A stretch of DNA of 64,000 nt from Acidimicrobiales bacterium (lineage in GTDB: Bacteria > Actinomycetota > Acidimicrobiia > Acidimicrobiales > SZUA-35): assembly GCA_024638815.1 (NCBI GenBank), contig JAHEJM010000007.1, forward strand, positions 12,961 through 76,960, in the 5' to 3' direction. The notes beneath the pieces are model-generated. The model made no database searches, was not told the origin of the DNA, and saw only the letters and a program-made list of their open reading frames with translations. The position numbers and the translations under genes were made by a program. Within the stretch, counting starts at the first letter, position 1; each line of letters begins with the position of its first letter. Shown here in pieces: positions 33,600-41,907 of the stretch.

Positions 33600-36500
33600 C
33601 TACAGGACGACGGCGTGCTCGCCCAGGAGCACGCGCAGATCGGGCACCACACCGTTCGACGTGTCGACACAATAGGTGTCGGCCAGCCGAACGGCTCGAG
33701 TCTCGCTGAGGTGTATGTAAACCGGTGAGTCACCGGGATGCTCGACAAGGATGGACCGCAGCTGGCGGATCAGGGCGTCGGACAAATGCTCGGGTCGGAC
33801 CTCCAGTCGCAGCGGAGGGGCCGAACCAACCAGTTCGGCCTCGAACACCTCAATCGACTGGGCCATCAACTTCGGGGTGTCGTCCCGGTTGTCGATCCGA
33901 CCCCGGATGATCACGATCCGATCGTCCTCCAGCAGGTGGCCATAGTCGGAGAACGTGCGGGGAAAGATCATGGTCTCGATGCTGTCGGTCAGATCCTCGA
34001 GGGTGAGGACGGCCATCAGATCACCCTTACGGGTCCATTTGCGCTGGAGGCCGGTGATCACTCCCCCCACCGATACCATCTGGCCGTCCTCGACCTCGGC
34101 AAGGTCGGCGATGGTGTCGTCGGCCTTGCGCTTCAGGGCGTCCTCCAAGCCCATCAGCGGATGATCGGATACATACAGCCCCAGCATCTCCTTCTCGAAC
34201 GCCAGCCGCTGCGACTTGTCGAACTCGATGTCGGCGATGGCCGGGCGGTCGTCAAACGATGGGCCCTTATCCTCGCCCACCGACCCGAACAGGGTCATGA
34301 CCCCCATGTCGTGCTGGCGACGGGCGGCCACGGTGTGATCGACAATGCCTTCGAAGGCCAGCAACAGACCTTTGCGGGGGTGGCCGAGGGAGTCGAAGGC
34401 ACCGGCCTTGATCAACGACTCCAAGGTGCGCTTGTTGAGAACCTGGTAGTCGACCCGCTCACAGAAATCCTGGAACGACGTGTACGGCCCAAGGGCCCGA
34501 CGCTCGGCGATGATCAGCTCGACGAGGCCCTCCCCCACGTTCCGCACCGCCGAGAGGCCGAAGGCGATGGCGTTGAGCGGCTCCGCACCGGCACCCTCAT
34601 GATCGGCGACGGGATCGGGAATCGATGTGAAGTCGATGTCGGACCGATTGATGTCGGGGACCAGGACCTTGATGCCGAGCTGGCGGCACTCGTTGAGGTA
34701 GATCCCGGCCTTGTCCAGATTGGTCTTGACACTGGTCAGCAGGCAGGCCAGGTACTCGACCGGGAAGTTGGCCTTCAGGTACGCGGTCTGGTAGCTGACA
34801 TAGCCGTAGCCATAGGAATGGCTTTTGTTGAAGGCGTAGTCGGCGAATGGCTCGATGATGTCGAACCATTGGTGGCCCAGATCCGCGCCGTAGCCGCTGT
34901 CGGCGCAACCTTCGACAAACTTCACGCGCTCCTTCGCGATCATCTCACGGATCTTCTTGCCGCACGCCTTTCGCAGGTTGTCGGCGTCGGCCAGCGAGTA
35001 GCCGGCGAACTTCTGGGCGATCCGCATGACCGACTCCTGGTAGATCATCAGACCGTAGGTTCCGGCCAGAATCTCCTCGGCGTCGGGATGGAGATAGGAG
35101 ATCTCCTGCCGCCCGTTCTTGCGGTCGGCGTAGTCGTTGTGCATGTTTGCAGCCATCGGACCGGGTCGGTACAGGGCGACCAGAGCGGCCACATCCTCGA
35201 ACTCGGTGGGGGCCATGGAGCGGATCAGGGCACGCATAGGCGCCGACTCGAGCTGGAATACTCCGATCGAGCGGCCTTCGCGCAGCATCGCGAACGTTGC
35301 CTCGTCGTCGAGTGGCACCTTGTCGATGTCGACCTGGACGCCCTTCACCGACTCGATCATGTGGAGGGTGTCGCTCACCACGTCGAGGTTGCGGAGACCG
35401 AGGAAGTCCATCTTGAGCAGTCCGAGATCCTCAACCCCGTGCATCTCGTACTGGGTCACCACCGGAGCATCCTCGATGGCCTTGCCGGATTCCGGCTTGC
35501 GCTGGATGGGCAGATACGTGGTAAGAGGATCCTTGGTGATCACGACCGCCGCGGCGTGGATACCGTCCTGGCGACGGAGGCCTTCCAGGCCCTGAGCCAC
35601 CCGCACCACCTCGGCCACATCCCGATCGGCCTCGACCATGGATCGAAGCTCTGCCGCTGCGTTGTAGCCGTCGGCGTGTTTCTCCGACTCCTCGAAGCAA
35701 TATTTGAGAGGCGTGTCCCGACCCATGACCAACGGTGGCATGGCCTTGGCCACCTTGTCCCCGACGGCATACGGGTAGCCCAGCACCCGGGCCGCATCCC
35801 GGACGGCGGCCCGAGCCTTGATCTGGGAGAAGGTCACGATCTGGGCCACATGATCCCGGCCGTATCGCTCGGCCGCGTACCGGATCATCTCGTCCCGGTA
35901 CCGGGAGTCGAAGTCCATGTCGATATCGGGCATGGAGATTCGGGATGGGTTGAGAAACCGCTCGAACAGCAAGTCATACTTGATGGGATCGAGGTCGGTG
36001 ATCCAAAGACAGTACGCCACGGCACAACCGGCGGCCGAGCCTCGACCCGGGCCAACACGGATGCCGCTGTCCCGGCCATGACGGATGAGGTCCCAGGTGA
36101 TCAAGAAGTATGAGCTGAAGCCCATCGACTTGATGACCTCGAGTTCGTAGATCAGCCGCTCCACGACGGAATCGGGAAGCGGGTCGCCCCAGCGTTGCTT
36201 GGCCCCCTCCATGGCGAGATGAAGCAGATAGTCATCGGCACCGGCGAACTCGGGTGGGATCGGGAAGTCGGGCAGCTGGGGCTTGCCGAATTCGATTTCG
36301 ACGTCGGCCCGCTCCGCGATCCAGAGCGTGTTGTCACAGGCCTCCGGCAACTCGGCCCACTGGGTTCGCATCTCCCTGGCCGACTTCAGGTAGTGCTGAT
36401 CACCTTGGAACTTGAACCGGTCGGGATCGGACATCAGCGATCCGGTTTGCACACACAACAACGCGTCGTGGGCTGTATGGTCCTCCCGCTCGGTGTAGTG

Positions 36501-37229
36501 GGAGTCATTGGTCACCAACAACGGCGCCTTGAGCTTCTTGGCGATTTCGAGCAGTTTGGGGTTGGTGTCGTGTTGGGCCGCGATGCCGTGGTCCTGGAGC
36601 TCGACGAACATGTTGTCGCGACCGAAGATCTCCTGCAGGCGGGCCGCCTTTTCCAACGCCTCGGCCTCGTTGCCGTTCATCAACGACTGGAGCACGTGAC
36701 CGCCCAGGCAACCGGTGGTCACGATGACACCCTCGCTGTGATCGGACAGGACCTCCCAGTCGACTCTCGGCTTGTAGTAGTAGCCCTCCATATAGGCCCG
36801 GGACGCCAGCTGGATCAGGTTCTTGTAGCCGGTGTTGTTCTCGGCCAGCGCAATGAGGTGATAGTAGAGCTTCTTGCCCCCGTCGGTGTTTCCACCCGAA
36901 TCGTCGAGCTTGCCCCGCCGATTGGGTCGCTCGTGTCGCGATTCATCGGCCTGGTAGAGCTCGCAGCCGATGATCGGGTTGATGTCGTGCTTCTTGCAGG
37001 CCCGGTAGAAGTCGAGCACGCCGTACATGTTGCCGTGATCGGTGATGCCCAAACCGGGCATGCCGTCCGATGCCGCCTTGGCCACGAGCTCGTCGAGTCG
37101 GGACGCGCCGTCCAACATCGAATACTCGGTGTGAACATGGAGGTGGGTGAATGACGAACTCAATGAGCTCAATCCCCTTCCTGGTCGGTATCTCCCGAAT
37201 GCTCTCGGATCTGTTGTTACCGGCGTCAT
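33600..37229 (-). CDS. dnaE: DNA polymerase III alpha subunit (DnaE1)
   Basis: The PHP domain FTHLHVHTEYSMLDGASR, ...ITDHGNMYG, the polymerase core (PDIDMDF) and an OB-fold tail are all present. The start is placed at the ATG at 37229 (MTPVTTDP). The track ORF's extra 109 aa are an Arg/Pro/Gly-rich extension. Confidence 0.95.
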   Translation of the reverse strand: MTPVTTDPRAFGRYRPGRGLSSLSSSFTHLHVHTEYSMLDGASRLDELVAKAASDGMPGLGITDHGNMYGVLDFYRACKKHDINPIIGCELYQADESRHERPNRRGKLDDSGGNTDGGKKLYYHLIALAENNTGYKNLIQLASRAYMEGYYYKPRVDWEVLSDHSEGVIVTTGCLGGHVLQSLMNGNEAEALEKAARLQEIFGRDNMFVELQDHGIAAQHDTNPKLLEIAKKLKAPLLVTNDSHYTEREDHTAHDALLCVQTGSLMSDPDRFKFQGDQHYLKSAREMRTQWAELPEACDNTLWIAERADVEIEFGKPQLPDFPIPPEFAGADDYLLHLAMEGAKQRWGDPLPDSVVERLIYELEVIKSMGFSSYFLITWDLIRHGRDSGIRVGPGRGSAAGCAVAYCLWITDLDPIKYDLLFERFLNPSRISMPDIDMDFDSRYRDEMIRYAAERYGRDHVAQIVTFSQIKARAAVRDAARVLGYPYAVGDKVAKAMPPLVMGRDTPLKYCFEESEKHADGYNAAAELRSMVEADRDVAEVVRVAQGLEGLRRQDGIHAAAVVITKDPLTTYLPIQRKPESGKAIEDAPVVTQYEMHGVEDLGLLKMDFLGLRNLDVVSDTLHMIESVKGVQVDIDKVPLDDEATFAMLREGRSIGVFQLESAPMRALIRSMAPTEFEDVAALVALYRPGPMAANMHNDYADRKNGRQEISYLHPDAEEILAGTYGLMIYQESVMRIAQKFAGYSLADADNLRKACGKKIREMIAKERVKFVEGCADSGYGADLGHQWFDIIEPFADYAFNKSHSYGYGYVSYQTAYLKANFPVEYLACLLTSVKTNLDKAGIYLNECRQLGIKVLVPDINRSDIDFTSIPDPVADHEGAGAEPLNAIAFGLSAVRNVGEGLVELIIAERRALGPYTSFQDFCERVDYQVLNKRTLESLIKAGAFDSLGHPRKGLLLAFEGIVDHTVAARRQHDMGVMTLFGSVGEDKGPSFDDRPAIADIEFDKSQRLAFEKEMLGLYVSDHPLMGLEDALKRKADDTIADLAEVEDGQMVSVGGVITGLQRKWTRKGDLMAVLTLEDLTDSIETMIFPRTFSDYGHLLEDDRIVIIRGRIDNRDDTPKLMAQSIEVFEAELVGSAPPLRLEVRPEHLSDALIRQLRSILVEHPGDSPVYIHLSETRAVRLADTYCVDTSNGVVPDLRVLLGEHAVVL

Positions 37230-37286
37230 CCGGCTTCGGTCACGCCACGGCGGCGCGGGCGGTCGACGCAAGCTGACACACCGGTC

Positions 37287-37317
37287 GTCCACAGCCACTT
37301 GTGGCCAACCTGTGGAC
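37287..37317 (-). promoter_or_regulatory. nested inverted repeat between the bpa stop and the dnaE start (operator, or terminator/attenuator hairpin)
   Basis: GTCCACAG-ccacttgtggccaac-CTGTGGAC has 8-bp arms. The spacer contains CCAC-tt-GTGG. It lies 58-88 nt upstream of the proposed dnaE ATG. Confidence 0.25.
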
Positions 37318-37402
37318 AAATTACGCAGATGTGATTCGCCGAGATCGATGCTAGCCGCTACCGCCTTCGGGGCCAAGCGAAACCTGGCACCGGGGAAGTG
37401 AT

Positions 37403-37891
37403 TCAGAGATACACGCCCCCGCCCTGCGCTGTCGATTGTCCTCCCTGGGGAAGGGCGCCGGGTCGCGATCGTTGCATCTGCTCCAGTTGTTGGCGCGCCG
37501 CAGCCTGCTGGGCGAACAGTGTGGCCTGAATGCCATGGAAAAGGCCCTCCAGCCATCCCACCAGCTGGGCCTGGGCGATCCGAAGCTCGGAGTCGGACGG
37601 TATGTCGGCGTCGTCGAACGGCAGGGCGAGACGCCCCAACTCGGCCCGAAGGTCAGGGGACAACGCAGCGGCCAACTCCTCGACCGACGTCTCGTAGATC
37701 TCCCGCAGCCGATCCCGACCGGGCTCGTCCAACTCTGTGGTACGCACTTCCTCCAACAGCTGTTTGATCATCGTGCCGATCCGCATGACCTTGGCCGGCT
37801 CCGACACCAACTGGCGCTCCTCCTGCTCCGATTCGGCCGGCTGCTGGTCTTCAAGGATCTCAGGAGTCTCCGGGCTACCGGTCTCACTCAT
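37403..37891 (-). CDS. bpa: bacterial proteasome activator (Bpa/PafE family)
   Basis: EPAKVMRIGTMIKQLLEEVR ... RIAQAQLVGWLEGLFHGIQATLFAQQ closely matches my memory of mycobacterial Bpa (Rv3780). The C-terminus ends ...GGGVYL; compare GQYL in M. tuberculosis. Confidence 0.85.
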   Translation of the reverse strand: MSETGSPETPEILEDQQPAESEQEERQLVSEPAKVMRIGTMIKQLLEEVRTTELDEPGRDRLREIYETSVEELAAALSPDLRAELGRLALPFDDADIPSDSELRIAQAQLVGWLEGLFHGIQATLFAQQAAARQQLEQMQRSRPGALPQGGQSTAQGGGVYL

Positions 37892-37950
37892 GTCTCACTC
37901 CGCATTTGGTCGTCTCGGTGGATCGTCTTGCTGGATCCGCAGTGTAGGTC

Positions 37951-39063
37951 TCAGGGTGTTGCGCTCAGGCAGGGCACGAACATCTCCGCTGCGGTCAGCG
38001 AACCGTGGCGACCGATGAGTTCGAACGGACCGGTGTCGTCTGGGTCCTCGTAGCCGGTCGGCTCGAAGGGCAGGATGGCGACGTCACCCAGACGATCCTC
38101 GACCTCCTGGGTCATGCCTTTGCCGAACCACCCTTCGTCCACCATCTGGCCCCTGGTACGAACCCAGGACTTGTCGCCGTGGTATTGGACCGCGGCGTCA
38201 ACCAGCGCCTCCACATCCTCGGGGTGGCAGTGGAGCCAGCGAAACCGGGCCTCGCCCGACAGACCGCGAACCAGCCCCAACACGTCGTCATGAAGGGGGA
38301 GCAGTTCGTTGCCGCAGTCGACCTGTCCGTGATCGGCGGTGACGATGACCTGGGACCCCGACGGCAGCGCCTCGACCACATCGGCCACCAGCCGGTCAAC
38401 GAAACGCAGCTCGGCTTCGTATTCGCTTCGTAGGCCGTATTCGTGGGCCACCTTGTCCACGCCGTCGTAGTAGGCGTAGATAACGGGCTCCCCTTCCCGA
38501 GCCAGGCGGGCCACCTCGTGAACCAACACCGCCGGGGTTCGGTAGCCGACCAGTCGCCCGCCTCGGAGATGGGCCTCGCTGAAGCCGGTCCGTTGGAACT
38601 CGGCCTTGGTGACCAGGGGTATGGGTCGACCGAGAAAAGGCTCGTAGGGCTGGATGAGCCGAGGGGGAACGGTCATGCGTCCGTCGGGGCGCTCGGCGCT
38701 GCCCCATCGAAGGCAGTTGAAGACCTGGTCGTCGACCATCATCCGGTAACCGATGATGCCGTGCTGGGCGGGCGGAAGGGAGGTGGTGATCGACGTGAGA
38801 GCAGCGGCCGTCGTCGACGGAGCGACCGTGGTGATGCGATCCCCCTCGAAGGTCGACAAGGTCGGCAGAACATGGGACCACTGCTTGAGCTGCTCCCAAC
38901 CTAATCCGTCGAGAACCAGCAGGACCCGCGGGCCGTTCACCAACTCGACCGGCAACGCATTGTCGCCCTGATCGGCCAGGGCGGGGAGAATGTCGGTCAG
39001 GCACCCTTGCCCGAAAGTGGGGAGCACCAGTTGGGGGCCCTCGGCTTTTTGGCTCCCGCTCAC
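37951..39063 (-). CDS. alkaline-phosphatase-superfamily protein (type I phosphodiesterase / nucleotide pyrophosphatase-like)
   Basis: LVLDGLGWEQL ... TTVAPSTTAAALTSITTS (nucleophile-region pattern) ... VTADHGQ ... GRHGSLTAAEMFVP. Confidence 0.6.
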   Translation of the reverse strand: MSGSQKAEGPQLVLPTFGQGCLTDILPALADQGDNALPVELVNGPRVLLVLDGLGWEQLKQWSHVLPTLSTFEGDRITTVAPSTTAAALTSITTSLPPAQHGIIGYRMMVDDQVFNCLRWGSAERPDGRMTVPPRLIQPYEPFLGRPIPLVTKAEFQRTGFSEAHLRGGRLVGYRTPAVLVHEVARLAREGEPVIYAYYDGVDKVAHEYGLRSEYEAELRFVDRLVADVVEALPSGSQVIVTADHGQVDCGNELLPLHDDVLGLVRGLSGEARFRWLHCHPEDVEALVDAAVQYHGDKSWVRTRGQMVDEGWFGKGMTQEVEDRLGDVAILPFEPTGYEDPDDTGPFELIGRHGSLTAAEMFVPCLSATP

Positions 39064-39197
39064 GAGCGACGCTCGCCGGGGACACCGCTGTCACCTGTCG
39101 GCCTGAAGACGAGGAGGCCGGCGACCACCCAACCCGCCTGGCGAAGAACAACTGAGATCATCGGCCTTCATTCTGCCAGGCGGCGCCGACATCAACA

Positions 39198-39716
39198 ATG
39201 ACCAAGGTTGACAAGACCGGAACGCCTGCCGGCCAGCTGCGCCGCCGGCTTCGGGAATCAGCTACGGTTGGACGGGTGCGAGTGTCGACCAGAGGCGACT
39301 ATGCCAGCCGGGCGCTGCTTTCCCTGGCCCTCCATGAGGACCAGACCGGTCCGACAACCGTACGCGACATCGCCGAACGAACCGGGCTGCCCCAGCCCTA
39401 TCTGGAGCAAATCCTGCTGGCGTTGAAGGGAGCGGGCCTGGTCCGCTCCAAACGGGGCGTCGGAGGCGGCTACGTGCTGGCCCGACCGCCGGCACAGATC
39501 AACCTGGCTGAGATCGTACGGGCCGCCGACGGGCCGATCACACTGGGCGATTTCGGGGAGCCCCACACCGACGGGGCCTGCGATCACGAAGGTCAGTGTG
39601 TGCTGCTCTCGATATGGCACACGATCGGGGGCGAGATGCGATCTCGGCTCGAGGCCTTCAGCTTGGCCGACATCGCGGCCATGGCCGGTGGGTCCAAGCC
39701 CTGGCCCGAGCCATGA
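39198..39716 (+). CDS. Rrf2-family transcriptional regulator
   Basis: VSTRGDYASRALLSLAL...TVRDIAERTGLPQPYLEQILLALKGAGLVRSKRGVGGGYVLARPP is the canonical Rrf2 wHTH. Cys residues lie in ...HTDGACDHEGQCVLL. A shorter form starting at the GTG at 39276 (MRVSTRG) is possible. Confidence 0.85.
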   Translation: MTKVDKTGTPAGQLRRRLRESATVGRVRVSTRGDYASRALLSLALHEDQTGPTTVRDIAERTGLPQPYLEQILLALKGAGLVRSKRGVGGGYVLARPPAQINLAEIVRAADGPITLGDFGEPHTDGACDHEGQCVLLSIWHTIGGEMRSRLEAFSLADIAAMAGGSKPWPEP

Positions 39717-40363
39717 AAGCACCGTCGACCCTGGAGCAGTTGTTGGGTCGACGCCGCATGGTCAGGGCGTTCGAGCCCACACCGCTTCCCGCCGACGACA
39801 TCAACCGGCTTTTGGACTTGGCTCGACGGGCACCATCGGCCGGCCATACCCAGGCCACCGGCTTTGTCGTACTCGACCATCCCGAAACCGTGGCCCGATA
39901 CTGGACCGTCACCCTTCCCGAGCATCGACGGGCTTCGTTCCGATGGCAGACACTGCTGCGGGCACCCGTTCTTGTGCTGGTCACCACTGAACCCGAGCGG
40001 TACCCGGACCGATACCGCGAGCCGGACAAGATCGCCACCGGCCGTGGCGACGGGCTCGAACACTGGCCGGTGCCCTACTGGTGGGTCGATGCCGGCGCCG
40101 TTGTCCAGAACCTTCTCCTGCTGGTAACCGAGGCCGGGCTCGGTGCCTGTCTCTTCGGACCGTTCGACCACGAAGCCGAATTGGCCCGCACCTTCGAGCT
40201 GGGTGAGGGCGTGCGTATCGTCGCCACAATCGCCATCGGTCGCCGAGCACCGGACGAACCGGGACGCTCGGCCGGTCGAGGTTGGAAACCCATGGACGAG
40301 CTACTGCGCCGTCCGACCGAGTTCCCGTCCGACCCGTCCCGACCGGACCCGGCGTCGACATAG
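39713..40363 (+). CDS. nitroreductase-family (FMN-dependent) protein
   Basis: LLGRRRMVRAFEPTPLPADDINRLLDLARRAPSAGHTQ ... AGAVVQNLLLLVTEAGLGACLFG. The ATG overlaps the Rrf2 stop (ATGA). The track ORF from 39596 is an upstream extension. Confidence 0.75.
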   Translation: MKAPSTLEQLLGRRRMVRAFEPTPLPADDINRLLDLARRAPSAGHTQATGFVVLDHPETVARYWTVTLPEHRRASFRWQTLLRAPVLVLVTTEPERYPDRYREPDKIATGRGDGLEHWPVPYWWVDAGAVVQNLLLLVTEAGLGACLFGPFDHEAELARTFELGEGVRIVATIAIGRRAPDEPGRSAGRGWKPMDELLRRPTEFPSDPSRPDPAST

Positions 40364-40372
40364 CCCATCGCC

Positions 40373-41314
40373 CTACGCCAGTCGATCGAGGGCGGTGGCC
40401 AGGTCGACGGGAAGTACGGAGCGGAGCTCCAGGTGCCGACCAGTGCGGGGATGCTCGAACCCCAGCTCGGCGGCGTGGAGGAACGGCCGGGACAACCCCA
40501 AGCCAAGATCCGGGGCCCGGTAGCGGCTGTCGGCCACGACGGGGTGGCCAATGGCGGCCATGTGGACTCGGATCTGATGGGTTCGACCCGTTTCCAACCG
40601 GCATTCCACCTCGGTACTTTCAGGTTCGTGGAAGCGGCGCAACACCCGATACCGGGTTCGAGCAACCTTGCCGTCGACAACCACCGCTCGCCGGGTCGGG
40701 TCAGACGGCGACCGACCCAGGGGAGCGTCGACGAGGCCACTCTCAGCCTGGACCGAGCCGACCACAAGGGCACGATAGACCCGGCTGACCCGCCGGTCGG
40801 CCAGTTGGGCCACCAGCTCGCGATACGCCTGAACGGTACGGGCCACCATCAACAACCCGGAGGTACCGCGATCGAGACGGTGCACGATCCCCGGCCGGTC
40901 GAGTTGTCCCACCTCCCGCCCCACGTCCTCCAGCTCGGGGTAGCGGGCCAACAGACCATGGACCAGCGTGCCGGACTCGTTGCCCGCACCAGGATGAACC
41001 ACCAGACCGGCCGGCTTGTCGACAACAACCACATCGTCATCCTCGTGGACGACGTTCAGCGTCACAGCGGGATCGGGATCGAGGCCGGAGGGCTCGCCGG
41101 GAGGCACCACTCGCAGTACGGAACCGGCGGCGAGTCGTTGCGAGGGCTTGGTCACCGGTGTTCCGTCGACCTCGACCAGGTGGCGGTCGATCAGCTCGAC
41201 CACTCGGCGACGGCTCAGACCGGTCATCATGGCCACGACCCGATCGACCCGCTCATCGGCCAAAGCCGGAGGAACGACCTCGACCATGGGAGCGTCCCAC
41301 CTCCTTGTCGACAT
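40373..41314 (-). CDS. rluD: RluA/RluD-family 23S rRNA pseudouridine synthase
   Basis: An S4-like N-terminus is followed by the catalytic motif GIVHRLDRGTSGLLMVART and ...TGRTHQIRVHMA. Confidence 0.85.
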   Translation of the reverse strand: MSTRRWDAPMVEVVPPALADERVDRVVAMMTGLSRRRVVELIDRHLVEVDGTPVTKPSQRLAAGSVLRVVPPGEPSGLDPDPAVTLNVVHEDDDVVVVDKPAGLVVHPGAGNESGTLVHGLLARYPELEDVGREVGQLDRPGIVHRLDRGTSGLLMVARTVQAYRELVAQLADRRVSRVYRALVVGSVQAESGLVDAPLGRSPSDPTRRAVVVDGKVARTRYRVLRRFHEPESTEVECRLETGRTHQIRVHMAAIGHPVVADSRYRAPDLGLGLSRPFLHAAELGFEHPRTGRHLELRSVLPVDLATALDRLA

Positions 41315-41322
41315 GGCGGGCG

Positions 41323-41907
41323 TTATCCGTCGGCCGGAGCATCTCCGGTGGACACGATCATCTCATCGTCCCGCACATCCACCGTCTTCTCCTGGCGCCA
41401 GGCCAGCCAGATGAGGGCGGTGACACCACAGACGATGGCGGAGTCGGCCACATTGAACACCGGCCACCAGCCGAGATCGACGAAGTCCACGACGGCGCCG
41501 GAAAGCGGCCCGTCCTCGGCCCGGGTCACCCGGTCGATGAGATTCCCCACGGCACCACCGGCGACGACACCCAGAAGGCCGGCCCCCAGTCGGTCCGGCC
41601 GCAGCCAGGCCAACACCAGCAGGACCACGGTGATCACGGCCGCCAACACGGCCAGTATCGGCCCCCAGTTGGTGCCGCTGGCAAAGGCGGCCCCGGTGTT
41701 GAACACCAGGCGTAGGCGGGCACCAGCGATCAGATCGATGCAGTCGTCGGGTTCGAGGCACGGCCCTGGACTCAGCCGGTCGAGCGCCCAACGCTTGGTC
41801 AGCTGGTCGACCACCACCAAAGCGAGGGCGATCGGAGCCGCCCATCTCAAACCTCCGAGGCCACTGGGACGACGACTCAGAACATCGATGTCTTGTGCTT
41901 CACGCAT
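41323..41907 (-). CDS. lspA: lipoprotein signal peptidase (signal peptidase II)
   Basis: [14 protein letters not shown] ... LVFNTGAAF ... [10 protein letters not shown] ... [20 protein letters not shown]. The start is uncertain: ATG at 41907 or 41970, or TTG at 41850. The two ATG starts, but not the TTG at 41850, overlap the 3' end of the upstream gene. Confidence 0.8.
   Translation of the reverse strand: MREAQDIDVLSRRPSGLGGLRWAAPIALALVVVDQLTKRWALDRLSPGPCLEPDDCIDLIAGARLRLVFNTGAAFASGTNWGPILAVLAAVITVVLLVLAWLRPDRLGAGLLGVVAGGAVGNLIDRVTRAEDGPLSGAVVDFVDLGWWPVFNVADSAIVCGVTALIWLAWRQEKTVDVRDDEMIVSTGDAPADG

Noticed and set aside
33738-36113. A 791-aa ORF on the + strand lying entirely inside dnaE. Similar long antisense ORFs are 44221-45711 (opposite ileS), 49872-51815 (opposite ftsZ/pgeF), 40433-41950 (opposite rluD/lspA), 29712-31118 (opposite the second flippase), 13705-14874 (opposite the Gfo oxidoreductase) and 58019-58786.
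   Set aside because: These are shadow ORFs expected in high-GC DNA, where stop codons are rare on the antisense strand. Their translations are Gly/Arg/His/Asp/Val-rich with no family motifs, while the opposite strand encodes proteins with unmistakable conserved motifs.
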